NCBI GenBank assembly: GCA_963740315.1
Contig: CAVUDP010000004.1
Span: forward strand, 576,001 to 640,000
DNA from: an uncultured cyanobacterium
Lineage (GTDB): Bacteria; Cyanobacteriota; Cyanobacteriia; Cyanobacteriales; Nostocaceae
DNA length: 64,000 bases
Reading direction: 5' to 3'
Numbering within the stretch: position 1 is the first letter of the stretch; each line of letters begins with the position of its first letter. Position numbers and translations under genes: made by a program. Under the pieces are notes generated by a model. It was not told where the DNA came from. It was given only the letters and a program-made list of their open reading frames with translations, and ran no database searches. Of this stretch, positions 31,425 through 41,903 are shown in pieces.

Positions 31425-31771
31425 TATAGTCGATTACATAATTTTTGATGGGTTCGTTTTCCCGTAAATGTTGGGAGACTATTCTGTGCTACGTCTCTAC
31501 AACCCATCAAAATTAGTGAAAAGGACTACTAGTAGTTCTTTTCATTTGTTTTGAAGGGTAACAAAGGTTCGTAGTAAGGGCTTCAGCCCTTCCATGCGAG
31601 GTAACAAATCATCACTACTAACCCATCAAGATTAATGTGGCGGAGTACTAGTAGTTCTTTTCATTTGTTTTGATGGGTAACAAAGGTTCTACGTGTCGGC
31701 ATTGGTTCCCTAAATCCGGAGGGCTGAAGCCCTTACTACAAACCGTCAAAATTAATGTGGTGAACTACTAG
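31425..31771. mobile_element. Tandem array of three ~120-bp MITE-like elements joined at CTAG
   Basis: Units run TAGTAGTTCTTTTCATTTGTTTTGA.GGGT ... ACC..TCAA.ATTAATGTGG.G.A.TACTA, with CTAG junctions at 31529, 31648 and 31768. The first unit is degenerate. Confidence 0.65.
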
Positions 31772-32660
31772 TAAGGAGCATCTCGATTTCACTACTAACC
31801 ATACATTTTTTATTTGAAATGAATATAAAGATGAAGGAATTTTATTTTTACACTACAAATAAATTTTCATAAATTTTGCTCTCTTTAATACCAGTCAATA
31901 CCAAACAATAAAAGCCGTCAGAGAAAAATACTTTCTTTAATAAAATCTGCGAGTAAGTAGGTGAAGACAAGTCAATTTGGAAAAATTCTATCTAAATAAA
32001 ATAATTCGGGATCGATCGCTCGCCAAGTTGAAAGCCCGATAACAAGTGTATTCGAGAACTACTTAAAAATATTCAGATTACCAATACAAAACCTTAAACC
32101 GCTTCAATAATATAGTTAAGATGCTCTACACACGCGCAATATCTTACACAAATAACAACTATTTTTTTATTTTCTAAATAATTAATCCGATTGAATTTGA
32201 CCAAAAAAAACCAAAATCAACCTTTATCGATCGTAAATACCGATTAACGTTATATCGCTTCCCTATATCGGCTCTTTGTGGTGATATAAACACTAGCCAC
32301 TTTTCAGTTTGCTGCGCTAACCTTAGATAGTCTTTGGCACAAAGCACCCTATCAATTCTACCGATCGGTAGAGTTTGGTTAAGTTTTGTAAATGCTACAC
32401 TACAATATGTCCATAGGTAGATGACTTTACTATAATTTCAAGTATGTCAAGTTTTAAACAAAATAGAAGTATTACACTTCCATAATCCGAAAAATTGCGC
32501 TTAACTTGACGTAGCAAAGGACAGCTTCCAATTTCGGAAGCAAGCGAACAAAATAGACGAAATCTCCGTCAGGGTAAGAGGCTTCTCGTAAAAGTTGATT
32601 TACCCCTGGTAGATGTTCGTTAATTAAATTAAAAACCCTCAAAGAGTTAGAGGAAAAAAA

Positions 32661-33035
32661 ATGAAGGTATTTAATGATACCACAAGAAATATATTCTTGG
32701 CAAGTTGGGTATCAGTTAATCAAGAAGCTAGTGAAGCAAATTTAACCCCGCAGCAGAATCCGAGTATTAAGCCTCGATGCGATATTTTAAAACCCTTGCG
32801 ACTTTGGATAGACAATATCGAAGTACGCGATCGCCAATTTGCACATCGCATTTGTAATATAATTCCGGCTCAATGTCCGTTTGAGCGAGATGTGAAGTTA
32901 TTTGGTAGGACTTTGTTCCACATTCCTCCAATGTGCAAGCTCAACCCACTGTATGAAGAAGTGGTTGCCTTGCGTTTTCGAGGATTGTGCTATTTAGCTG
33001 ATGAATGTGGCGAGGACATTTCGCAGTATTGTTAA
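32661..33035 (+). CDS. Mo-dependent nitrogenase C-terminal domain-containing protein
   Basis: IPAQCPFERD..LFG...HIPPMCKLNPLY..V..LRFR.LCYLAD signature. Confidence 0.88.
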   Translation: MKVFNDTTRNIFLASWVSVNQEASEANLTPQQNPSIKPRCDILKPLRLWIDNIEVRDRQFAHRICNIIPAQCPFERDVKLFGRTLFHIPPMCKLNPLYEEVVALRFRGLCYLADECGEDISQYC

Positions 33036-33081
33036 AGGGCTGGGGTGAATAGAGACTAAAAAAGTTGTGTTTTTCCCGATA

Positions 33082-34836
33082 TTACTCTTTAGATTTTTCC
33101 CACTGTTGGATTAATTTTTGAGCTTCGGCATAAGCAGCTGTACCAACTGGAGCCAAAGTAGCGGTTGCGATTGCCGAAGAATATTGCTTGTTGTCGGCAC
33201 GAGTTTTAGCAAGCTTGATTATTTCTTGACTCCATTTATCGATAGATTCTTGCGCCATCGCGAAGCCCGGTTGAGTTGGGGGTATTCTTGTGGCAACTTC
33301 AATAGCACGATTGTAACTAGATGCTTGCTCCGGTTTAATTAGAGCTTGAGCGGCTTCTAAAAGAGTTTTATTACTTAAATATTGTTTGCGATCTCCTCGC
33401 CATTGTTTGATAGCTGCAAGAGAATCTTGATAATTTGATTCTTCTTTACCAATTAACTCAGCAGCAGCGATCGCGCTGGCATATTCCATATTTTCAGCAC
33501 GATTTTTTGCTAAATCTAAAATCATGCTGTTCCAAATTGTAATATTTTTCTGAGCTTGTTTATAGCCAGCTTCATCTTTTTTAACATTTTTGGCAGTTGC
33601 GATCGCTTTACTCAAGTCGCTAGCTCGATCGGGGTTGAGCGACATCTTTTCCAATTCCAACATTGCAATGCTCGTTTCTGGCTTGGAATTGTTACCTTGA
33701 GGCTTTTTCGATTTTTCTACTGCAAGATTACTTGGTAGAGGTTTGACAACCGTTACATCGTCGCTAATATTATCAGATGCTTGAAATATCTCTTCAAATT
33801 TAAAGCCAGATTGATTGCGTAGAAAAACTAATAAAAGTAATCCGCCAATTACTAAAGTACCCGCACCCCACAGCAGCAGCGAATTACCAAATGAATTTTT
33901 ACTCTTGACTTTTTCTTTGGTATTTTGGGTTGCGGTTGCAGAAATGGGATCGGTAGTAACGCTACGTGTTTCTGTTGGTACTGCCCCAACCTGGGGAAAA
34001 TTACTATTGTCTACTAGTTTTTCTTCAAGTGTTGGTGCTGGGCGTGCTGTAAAAGTTTCTCTCGAATCTACAATATTGAGTGGTTTCTCTGTATCGGTTT
34101 TGACTTGTTCTTGCTCAAATAAAGTTTGTTGCGGCGATGCAATAAAAGCGATAGGGTTTTGAGATGGTCGCCAATGATGCTGGCATAGTTCGGGAGTGCG
34201 ATCGCTCAAATAACTTTCCAATCCTGCCAAGTTATTGATATTGCCGTAACGCAAAGCTTCCAACAGCGCTGCTGTAAAAAAACCATGCCCTAATTCGCTA
34301 CTTTCATGAGAAAACTGCTCTGGTTGGCAAGAAAGTATCGTAGAGATTTGTAACTCCTTGGCTAATTCGATGGTTTCTAGCCCGATAGAAGAATCTGTCT
34401 TCATGCCAAAAGCGCGGTTAAAATCCAGGATTAATAATACTTCGAGTCCAGCAACCTGTAGAGTTTGCATCAACTGGCGCATTTCTATAGCAGTTTGTCT
34501 AATACGTTGGGAATCGCCTTCAATGGGCATCAAGTAATCTTGTCCCTCATAGCTGACACCATAACCGCTAAAGAAAAACCATACTTTATCTTCTGGTTGC
34601 CAAGAACTAGCAGCTAAATCTTCAAGTAGCTGAAGAATATTATTTTTTGTAGGTTTTGTCGATTTATCTCCCATAGGTACGGAAGTATCGGTCATTAACA
34701 GACACTGTTCATTCGTCCAACCTGGTTGTTGAACTAAAAAATCTCGTATTCCCTCGGCATCTGCTTGAGCATAACCTAAAGGTTGAAAATACTGATATTG
34801 ATTGATGCCAATCGCAATTGCCCATAGTTTTGCCAT
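33082..34836 (-). CDS. Caspase-like (peptidase C14) membrane protein, pseudo-orthocaspase
   Basis: AIAIGINQY and YLMP; catalytic sites read FFSGYG and LDFNR; one TM helix and a C-terminal helical repeat. Confidence 0.85.
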   Translation of the reverse strand: MAKLWAIAIGINQYQYFQPLGYAQADAEGIRDFLVQQPGWTNEQCLLMTDTSVPMGDKSTKPTKNNILQLLEDLAASSWQPEDKVWFFFSGYGVSYEGQDYLMPIEGDSQRIRQTAIEMRQLMQTLQVAGLEVLLILDFNRAFGMKTDSSIGLETIELAKELQISTILSCQPEQFSHESSELGHGFFTAALLEALRYGNINNLAGLESYLSDRTPELCQHHWRPSQNPIAFIASPQQTLFEQEQVKTDTEKPLNIVDSRETFTARPAPTLEEKLVDNSNFPQVGAVPTETRSVTTDPISATATQNTKEKVKSKNSFGNSLLLWGAGTLVIGGLLLLVFLRNQSGFKFEEIFQASDNISDDVTVVKPLPSNLAVEKSKKPQGNNSKPETSIAMLELEKMSLNPDRASDLSKAIATAKNVKKDEAGYKQAQKNITIWNSMILDLAKNRAENMEYASAIAAAELIGKEESNYQDSLAAIKQWRGDRKQYLSNKTLLEAAQALIKPEQASSYNRAIEVATRIPPTQPGFAMAQESIDKWSQEIIKLAKTRADNKQYSSAIATATLAPVGTAAYAEAQKLIQQWEKSKE

Positions 34837-35090
34837 GCGCCCTTTCTAATTATTAGGAACTTAATATAAATAAACTAAACAGTACTATACAGTGCTAATC
34901 CTTGAGAGCTAAGTACTGTGAAGCCTAATTAATGTAATTTGCTGATGCTAAAAAACAAAGCTAACCTATGTCTATAGTCTAAGTGATTCTCATCAGACTT
35001 TAAGATGGGAGGTCATTATTATTACTCGATTCCATAAAAGCACTTTTGTTAATAGTGCGTTGATTTATCGCCTTTTCATAGGAGCCTATA

Positions 35091-35720
35091 ATGGTCGGCA
35101 AAAATTTGTTAAGAATAAACACATTCATTCCACTTATGCCATCAATCGTAAAGAAAATCCGGATAACTAATGCCGTACTTTTGCTGAGTACAGCCGTACC
35201 GATGTGGTTGGGATCGGAAGCTATTATCCCTCAAATAGCTCAAGCTTATACCAGTAGAGTTGATTTAGAAATCACTCGTCTACCGGGAGACAATTACCAA
35301 AGCTTGTTGCGGAGAGCCGAAGCAGTCGCAAGAGCCGCAGCTCAACGTAGCTTCGATAAAGATATTTTAGTCACAGACGTATCAATAGTTATTTCCGCAC
35401 AAAATTTTGGTGCGATCGCGCCTGTTTTGGAATTAAACGTTAGTCGTACTCAATGGCGCAATCGTCCAGATACACAACGTTGGGCAAAGTACTTCAAAAT
35501 GGCACGAACGCTACTATTTTTCGGAGAAAGTGCGAAAAATACTGCCTCGAATGGCGAAAACAACGCTGTGGAAGAGGCTTCACCGCCACCACCGGAGATT
35601 CCTAATTCTGTTGAAGAAACCCCACCAGAACCACCGGAGATTCCTAATTCTGTTGAAGAAACCCCACCAGAACCACTTGAGACAGTGCCAATTCCCATTC
35701 CGCAGCTTGAAGTGGAATAA
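35091..35720 (+). CDS. Hypothetical cyanobacterial protein with Pro/Glu-rich tail
   Basis: RRAEAVARAAAQRSFD motif; start uncertain. Confidence 0.75.
   Translation: MVGKNLLRINTFIPLMPSIVKKIRITNAVLLLSTAVPMWLGSEAIIPQIAQAYTSRVDLEITRLPGDNYQSLLRRAEAVARAAAQRSFDKDILVTDVSIVISAQNFGAIAPVLELNVSRTQWRNRPDTQRWAKYFKMARTLLFFGESAKNTASNGENNAVEEASPPPPEIPNSVEETPPEPPEIPNSVEETPPEPLETVPIPIPQLEVE
35589..35672 (+). repeat. Perfect in-frame 42-bp tandem duplication
   Basis: CCACCGGAGATTCCTAATTCTGTTGAAGAAACCCCACCAGAA twice, encoding PPEIPNSVEETPPE. Confidence 0.9.
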
Positions 35721-35843
35721 ATAAAATAGTGCTGTAGGTTTTTCTCGCTTAGAGTAGCGATCGCCCCTTGAAGAAAAGGGGAGCTATTAAGCAATTCATG
35801 CCTTAGAATAAAAAGGTTGTCAAAAATTACGGTATCTGCTTTT

Positions 35844-36014
35844 ATGGCTGTTCCAAAGAAGAAAACATCCAAATCCCGAAGGGATAAACGTCGAGCAACT
35901 TGGAGACACAAAGCGACTGTTGAAGCTCAAAAAGCTCTTTCGCTTGGTAAGTCAATTTTGACCGGACGCTCTACATTTGTTTATCCATCTGAAGAGGAAG
36001 AAGAGGAAGAGTAA
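35844..36014 (+). CDS. rpmF: 50S ribosomal protein L32
   Basis: [20 protein letters not shown]. Confidence 0.95.
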   Translation: MAVPKKKTSKSRRDKRRATWRHKATVEAQKALSLGKSILTGRSTFVYPSEEEEEEE

Positions 36015-36253
36015 TTCGCCTATAATTTCTAAGTTTAGTAATTATTCAATCGCCAACAGGATTTTAGACTTACGATTATGGAAAACCATAAGACAGAAAC
36101 CGTCTTGCTTGAAATCACAATCTAAAATCCTGTTTGGTAAAATCTAAATCTTCTAAGTCTTACTACAAAAGATAAATTGTTTGTGATGCAAGAATTTATT
36201 TAAAACTATTCAAAAATATATTATTATCTACAAAAAAATATTTACACAAAACC

Positions 36254-36850
36254 ATGCTGGGAAAGTTTTTTCAAAAGCCGACTTCTGAAGATAGCGATCG
36301 CGTTCCTCCCGGACAGCATTTAGCTAAGGGTTTTCCCGTGCTTACTTATGGTGCGACTCCCCAAGTTAGTACGAAGGAATGGGAATTTAGCGTATGGGGT
36401 TTGGTAAAACCTCAAAAATGGAACTGGTCGGATTTTATGGAACTACCCCATCACGAGTTTACAGCCGACTTCCACTGTGTAACCCGGTGGTCGAAACTTG
36501 ATGTCAAGTGGACTGGAATTAAAGTCACAGACTTGATGAAAGTTCTTGAGGTAGATTCCTCTTCGACTCATATCATGGAACATTGCTATGGCGGCTACAC
36601 TACTAATATTGCAATAGAAGACTTTATACGAGAAGAAAACTTTTTTGCTTTTAAATTATTTGGCGAACCTTTAAGCGCCGAACACGGTGGTCCGATGCGG
36701 TTAGTGGTTCCTCACCTTTATGCTTGGAAAAGTGCTAAATGGATCGATGGTTTAGAATTTTTAGACCATGAAGAATTAGGTTTTTGGGAACGTAACGGTT
36801 ATCATCGTCGCGGCGAACCTTTTAAGGAAGAACGATATAGCGGATTTTAG
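36254..36850 (+). CDS. Sulfite oxidase-like molybdopterin oxidoreductase
   Basis: DFHCVTRWS, HGGPMRLVVP.LYAWKSAKW and GFWERNGYH. Confidence 0.9.
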   Translation: MLGKFFQKPTSEDSDRVPPGQHLAKGFPVLTYGATPQVSTKEWEFSVWGLVKPQKWNWSDFMELPHHEFTADFHCVTRWSKLDVKWTGIKVTDLMKVLEVDSSSTHIMEHCYGGYTTNIAIEDFIREENFFAFKLFGEPLSAEHGGPMRLVVPHLYAWKSAKWIDGLEFLDHEELGFWERNGYHRRGEPFKEERYSGF

Positions 36851-36860
36851 GAGTTAGCAG

Positions 36861-37017
36861 TTAGGAGTTAGGAGTTATTTGATTTTAGATTTTAGACTTT
36901 AGATTTTAACAACGGATGCTTTTGTTTTGGATTGGAAATATGAATTAAGAGTTAGGAATTAGAAGTTAAGAATTTTAATTTCCCCTTGTCCCCTTGTCTC
37001 CTTGTCCCCATCTCCCC
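36861..37017. repeat. Left arm of a ~160-bp inverted repeat flanking the aldehyde dehydrogenase gene
   Basis: Its reverse complement aligns with 38475-38639. Confidence 0.8.
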
Positions 37018-37069
37018 ATCCCCCCATCTCCCCATCCCCCCCTCTCCCCATCCCCTCATCTCCCCATCT

Positions 37070-38443
37070 CTATCCAAAAATCCGCCTTAGTAACGACAAT
37101 TTATTTTTATAGGGTGGATACAATAATTTTACGTCTAATAGAAAAGGTTTTTTAAGTACGCTTTTGTAGTGGGAAAAGGTGTCAAAACCGGCTTTACCAT
37201 GATAGCTACCAATACCGCTATTTCCTATACCGCCAAATGGTAAAGATGGAACGGCGTAATGAATTATTGTGTGGTTAATACAGCCTCCACCAAAGGAAGT
37301 TTCTTCTATTATCCGTTTTTGCAAATTTTGATTTTGGGAAAATAAATATAACGCTAAGGGTTTTGGTTGAGAGTTGATTATATTGATGGCTTCTGCGATC
37401 TCGGTAAATTCAATTACTGGTAAAATTGGACCAAAAATTTCTTGTTGCATTACCGTGTCTTCCCAAGAAACGCTATCAATTAAAGTCGGAGCAATATAAC
37501 GCTCTTCAGAAACTGTTTCGCCACCAATAATTATTTTTCCATCTTTTAAATCTTTTAAATAACTTACCAATCTATCAAATTGCTTTTGATTGATGATTCT
37601 GGCGTAATCGGGACTTTTTGCGGGATCTTCACCGTAAAATTCCTGAAGACATTTTTTGATTTCATCTAATAAATTATTTTTGATTTTGCGATCGACTAAA
37701 AGATAGTCTGGTGCAAGACAACTTTGTCCGGCGTTAAAGAATTTTCCCCAAGTTATGCGTCTGGCGGCGATTTTAAGATCGATGTCGGTATCTACAATGC
37801 AAGGAGATTTTCCACCAAGTTCTAATGTCACAGGTGTAAGATATTTTGCGGCGGCTTCCATGACAATTTTGCCGACAGCAGTACCGCCAGTAAAAAATAT
37901 ATGGTCGAACTTTTCTGCTAATAATTGCTGGGAAGTTTCTACTCCTCCTTCTATTACCGCTAAATACGATTTTTCAAAATACTTATCAAAAATTTCAGCG
38001 ACGAGATTAGAAGTGTGAGAAGCAATTTCTGAAGGTTTGAGGATTGCACAATTACCAGCGGCGATCGCACCAATCAAAGGTGCGAGAACTAATTGAAATG
38101 GATAGTTCCAAGCACCAATAATTAAAACTACACCTAAAGGTTCTGGATAAATTTTTGCTGAAGCTGGAATGAATTGCCAAGGAATTTCTGCTTTTTTGGG
38201 TTTAGTCCAACTTTTTATATGTTTGATAGCATATTCAATCTCTTTTACAACTAAGACTATTTCTGCGGTAAAACTTTCTTCTAACGGCTTGTTTAGATCG
38301 GCTTTTAATGCATTAAAAATCGCTGTTTCATTATCAACGATCGCTTGTTTGAGAGTTTTTAACTGCTGAATGCGAAAATAAATTTCTTTGGTTTTACCAG
38401 TTTGAAAAAAATCGCGTTGGTTGTGGATTGTTTCAGCAAACAT
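37070..38443 (-). CDS. Aldehyde dehydrogenase (ALDH3-like)
   Basis: PLGVVLIIGAWNYP, FTGGTAVG, LELGGKSP, NAGQSC and EIFGPILP; ATG at 38443. Confidence 0.95.
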   Translation of the reverse strand: MFAETIHNQRDFFQTGKTKEIYFRIQQLKTLKQAIVDNETAIFNALKADLNKPLEESFTAEIVLVVKEIEYAIKHIKSWTKPKKAEIPWQFIPASAKIYPEPLGVVLIIGAWNYPFQLVLAPLIGAIAAGNCAILKPSEIASHTSNLVAEIFDKYFEKSYLAVIEGGVETSQQLLAEKFDHIFFTGGTAVGKIVMEAAAKYLTPVTLELGGKSPCIVDTDIDLKIAARRITWGKFFNAGQSCLAPDYLLVDRKIKNNLLDEIKKCLQEFYGEDPAKSPDYARIINQKQFDRLVSYLKDLKDGKIIIGGETVSEERYIAPTLIDSVSWEDTVMQQEIFGPILPVIEFTEIAEAINIINSQPKPLALYLFSQNQNLQKRIIEETSFGGGCINHTIIHYAVPSLPFGGIGNSGIGSYHGKAGFDTFSHYKSVLKKPFLLDVKLLYPPYKNKLSLLRRIFG

Positions 38444-38474
38444 GAAGAATAGGGAATAGGGAGAGGGGGTAGAG

Positions 38475-38639
38475 GGGGAGATAGGGAGACAAGGAGACAA
38501 GGAGACAAGGAGAAATTAAAATTCTTAACTCCGGTGGTTCTAACTCTTAACTCATATTTCCAATCCAAAACAAAACAAATGCATCCGTTGTTAAAATTTA
38601 GAATCTAGAATCTAAAATCAAATAACTCCTCACTCCTAA
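38475..38639. repeat. Right arm of the ~160-bp inverted repeat flanking the aldehyde dehydrogenase gene
   Basis: Shares AAATTAAAATTCTTAACT, CATATTTCCAATCCAAAACAAAA, GCATCCGTTGTTAAAAT and TCTAAAATCAAATAACTCCT with the reverse complement of the left arm. Confidence 0.8.
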
Positions 38640-38726
38640 AGGTTACTGAGCTTGTCGAAGTACTCCTAACTCATAATATTTAATCCAAAATAAAAGCATC
38701 CGTTGTTAAAATTCAAAATCTAAAAT

Positions 38727-39824
38727 TTACTGTTTCATCGGTAAAGTAACGGTAAAAACGCTACCTTTGCCGATTTCGGAATTAACTTTAATATTACCTT
38801 GATGAGCTTCAACAATACGCCGAGAAAGATATAATCCTAAACCGCTACCAGAACGTTTGTGACTTCCAGGACGAAATCTTTCAAATAAAGTGGCTTGTTG
38901 ATGGGGGGATATACCTTGTCCGGTATCGACGAATTTCAGAGTTATAGCGCCGCAATCGGTTGAATCGGAGTCCAAACAGATCGTAACCGAGCCATTATCG
39001 GTAAATTTGATTGCATTCCCTACTAAATTAGTTAATAATCGATGTAATTCTAGGCGATCGCCCATTACTTTAGTGGCATTTTCAGCTTGTACATCCGCTT
39101 TAATTACCACTCCTTTTTGTTCTGCTAAGGGAGTCAATTCACTCGCTACTTCCTTAATTAACTGGCTTATATCAACTGGTTGAAATGCTAAGGTTTTACG
39201 TCCGGCTTCAAAACGGTAAACTTCTAATAGAGTATTTACCATTGCTAACAGATTGCTGTTAGAACGAGCCATGATGGTAAGTGCTTCTTGCATTGACGGT
39301 GAAAGTTCCCCCAAAGCACCTTCGAGAAACAGGATCATCATTCGTTCCTCTGCTACCAAGGGAGTGCGTAAATCATGAGTAAGACGAGAAACAAAATCTT
39401 CTCGCTGACGAGCAATTTCATCCCGTTCATCAATACTGTGCTTGAGTCGGAGGAGCGATCGCACTCTCGCAAGTAATTCATCTACCGTTACAGGTTTGCG
39501 AATGAAATCATCAGCACCCAAATCCAACCCGTGAGCCACATTCGGCGAATCGTGAGCGGTAATTAATAAAATTGGAATAAAAGATAGCTCCGCATTTCCT
39601 CGGATATGCTTAGTTACCTCATAACCATCCATTCCCGGCATCATTAAATCTAACAATATTAAATCAAACGTTGATTCTGCAATTTTAGTTAATGCAGAAG
39701 AGCCATTTTCCGCCGTACTAACTTCATAACCTTCTTCCTCCAAAATAGTTTTGATCAAGAAGACATTATCAGGAGAATCATCAACAACTAGGATTTTGTC
39801 AAATGTAGAATTGTCAGAATTCAT
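38727..39824 (-). CDS. Hybrid response regulator/sensor histidine kinase
   Basis: Receiver domain (ILVVDD, LLDLMMP), HDLRTPL H-box, NLVGNAIKF and GSGLGL. Confidence 0.93.
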   Translation of the reverse strand: MNSDNSTFDKILVVDDSPDNVFLIKTILEEEGYEVSTAENGSSALTKIAESTFDLILLDLMMPGMDGYEVTKHIRGNAELSFIPILLITAHDSPNVAHGLDLGADDFIRKPVTVDELLARVRSLLRLKHSIDERDEIARQREDFVSRLTHDLRTPLVAEERMMILFLEGALGELSPSMQEALTIMARSNSNLLAMVNTLLEVYRFEAGRKTLAFQPVDISQLIKEVASELTPLAEQKGVVIKADVQAENATKVMGDRLELHRLLTNLVGNAIKFTDNGSVTICLDSDSTDCGAITLKFVDTGQGISPHQQATLFERFRPGSHKRSGSGLGLYLSRRIVEAHQGNIKVNSEIGKGSVFTVTLPMKQ

Positions 39825-40162
39825 AGTTTAGTAAAAGGTTAATATAATTTGTTTGGATTAAAACAGTTAAATTTGGGTTAATCAAAATTCTGCTATTTCG
39901 GATAACTTTCTATGATTAAACAAATATTAAAATAATGCGAATATGATGATAATTTCTTTTACTACAAAATACTTATTTATTTGGAGTTATTATAATGAAT
40001 ATAAAATTTATTGCAGTGATAAGAATCACTATACAAACTTATGTATGATTTTTTTAAATTAAAATAAGCCTTAAAGATAGTAGCATAATAAACCAAAACT
40101 GTAGTTAAATAAGTATTGATAACCACTAAATTAGCTTGTGCAATTAAAGTAAAGTATGTACG

Positions 40163-40333
40163 TCAACGCATACAAGCAGGTGAGGTTGGTATCCCGTTGG
40201 AGAGCGATATTAGCAGCTTGCGACGTTGTACGTATTCGCGCAAAGCTTCAACTACGGCACCTTCAGTTTGGTAATTTCCTAGTTATAAAGCTTCTTGTAT
40301 TAAATTTTCATCTATTTGAAGACTGAGATTCAT
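40163..40333 (-). pseudogene. VapB-type (DUF2191-like) antitoxin pseudogene
   Basis: Reads MNLSLQIDENLIQEAL*LGNYQTEGAVVEALREYVQRRK with an in-frame TAA; ATGA overlap with the upstream ORF; no VapC follows. Confidence 0.6.
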
Positions 40334-40560
40334 TTACCTACATCAAATTTTTTTTGTTTATAAATTGCGCTTTGCAAAACTTTTTGAAAATCTTCAAAAT
40401 CGGCAACGATAATCGAATTTGTAAAAAGCTTTTCTAATACCGATTCGTCATCTATCGCCGCGATCGTCTGTACAACTTCCTCTGGCACTTGTTTAAACCT
40501 TGTTTGCACAATTTTAATTACATTTGCTCGTGCTTTTTCAAGGTTTGTTACGTCATTCAT
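40330..40560 (-). CDS. Small hypothetical protein (DUF4351/Rpn C-terminal-like)
   Basis: IVQTRFKQVPEEVVQTIAAIDDESVLEKL pattern. Confidence 0.55.
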   Translation of the reverse strand: MNDVTNLEKARANVIKIVQTRFKQVPEEVVQTIAAIDDESVLEKLFTNSIIVADFEDFQKVLQSAIYKQKKFDVGK

Positions 40561-40602
40561 TTTGCAAAATTTCTCATCATTTTTAAGTTCAGCAATGAGG
40601 CG

Positions 40603-41346
40603 TTACTCTTCAGGTTCAATTCCCGCAGCCCTTAATTGTTGCGCCAATCTTTCAGCACGTTGACTTAGTGCTTCGGCTCGTTGGCTTTCTGCTTCCGCAC
40701 GTTGACGCTCCTTAATTGCTAACTCCGAACCCCACAATAATAGTTCGTAATTTTCATTCCACCAGCGCAACCAATAGCCCGTGCGGTTTTCTCGCATACC
40801 TTGCCATACACCGAGAGAAAGCTGCATTTGAGCAATCCAATAACGATTATTTGCATCTGCTGTTTGCAATTTATATTGTCCCGAATCATCTAATTGATAG
40901 ACTTCTAATCCGGTATCTGGCTCAAAAATTGCGTAGTTGGGAACTTGTAAAATTTGTTCGTAAAAAAACCATTTCCCTGGAGGATAGGTTGGTTTACTCG
41001 AATATTCTCCACCTTCGGTATCCGATAGAAATTCCATTACAATTACTGGAATATCTCCTTGGAGTCGTGGGGTATAACTCCGCTTTACCTCTTCTCGCGA
41101 TTTGATTGATGGTACATATGCCCAATCTGGTGCTTTGACTACAAACTTATTATTCAACTTCGCGCAAATACCGTAATTAGTTGTAGTTAAAGCATTCGCT
41201 GGTAATTTTCCAGCTATTTCCAAACTTTCTGTTAAAGCCGCAGCTAATAAAGGTTGATTAATATTGTCCACTGGTTCGTCATCTAATACAAAATCATCGG
41301 GTAGTTTTTCCCAGGTAATTTCATGGGTGGTTGAAGTTGTTAGCAT
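40603..41346 (-). CDS. Uma2 family PD-(D/E)XK endonuclease
   Basis: APDWAYV, PVIVMEFLS, K..FYEQILQVPNYAIFEP and ERQRAE tail repeats. Confidence 0.88.
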   Translation of the reverse strand: MLTTSTTHEITWEKLPDDFVLDDEPVDNINQPLLAAALTESLEIAGKLPANALTTTNYGICAKLNNKFVVKAPDWAYVPSIKSREEVKRSYTPRLQGDIPVIVMEFLSDTEGGEYSSKPTYPPGKWFFYEQILQVPNYAIFEPDTGLEVYQLDDSGQYKLQTADANNRYWIAQMQLSLGVWQGMRENRTGYWLRWWNENYELLLWGSELAIKERQRAEAESQRAEALSQRAERLAQQLRAAGIEPEE

Positions 41347-41414
41347 AATTAGCCTACCTTATAAATAGTCTCGCTTAATTTGTATTTTAATAAAATTGGA
41401 AAACTAATTCAAAA

Positions 41415-41846
41415 ATGTTTAATCAAGGTAAATATATAGAAAAACTAATTAGACAATTACATTGTAGAAAACTTCCTGATGATGTCGCACGTAAATTATT
41501 TAAGCTTAATGAATTTGCTTACAATTATTTATTTGATAAATTGGATGATAAAACGCTGACGGATTATGAATTACATAATATTATTTTAGTTTTAAAGCAA
41601 ATGATGTATCAAGATTACGTTGACCAGCAATTATTTGTAGAAAAAATATTATCTCTTACCTTAGATGAAAGAATTAGCGTTAGAACTAATTCATGTATTT
41701 TAGCTACCATACTATTTAATCAACAGAAGACAGCATTGGTAAAATATTCAATTGAGCGCGAAACGTTAAGGACGTATTTAGAAAAAGTATTGGAAATGGG
41801 TTTACCTAAAGTTCATATCGATTATTTACAACTTTTTATTAAGTAA
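41415..41846 (+). CDS. Hypothetical protein (AT-rich)
   Basis: 143-aa ORF with no recognised motif. Confidence 0.55.
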   Translation: MFNQGKYIEKLIRQLHCRKLPDDVARKLFKLNEFAYNYLFDKLDDKTLTDYELHNIILVLKQMMYQDYVDQQLFVEKILSLTLDERISVRTNSCILATILFNQQKTALVKYSIERETLRTYLEKVLEMGLPKVHIDYLQLFIK

Positions 41847-41903
41847 TTGAAATATGGTGCCGTACTCTCCTACTAACAGCACCCTACAATTAATTTCTCC
41901 TAT

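Noticed and set aside
31425..31771. CRISPR array
   Set aside because: The period is ~120 bp with inverted ends and palindromic cores, there are only three units, and no cas genes are present.
35450..35911. 153-aa minus-strand ORF
   Set aside because: It is antisense to the 35091 gene and rpmF; its repeats just mirror the 42-bp duplication.
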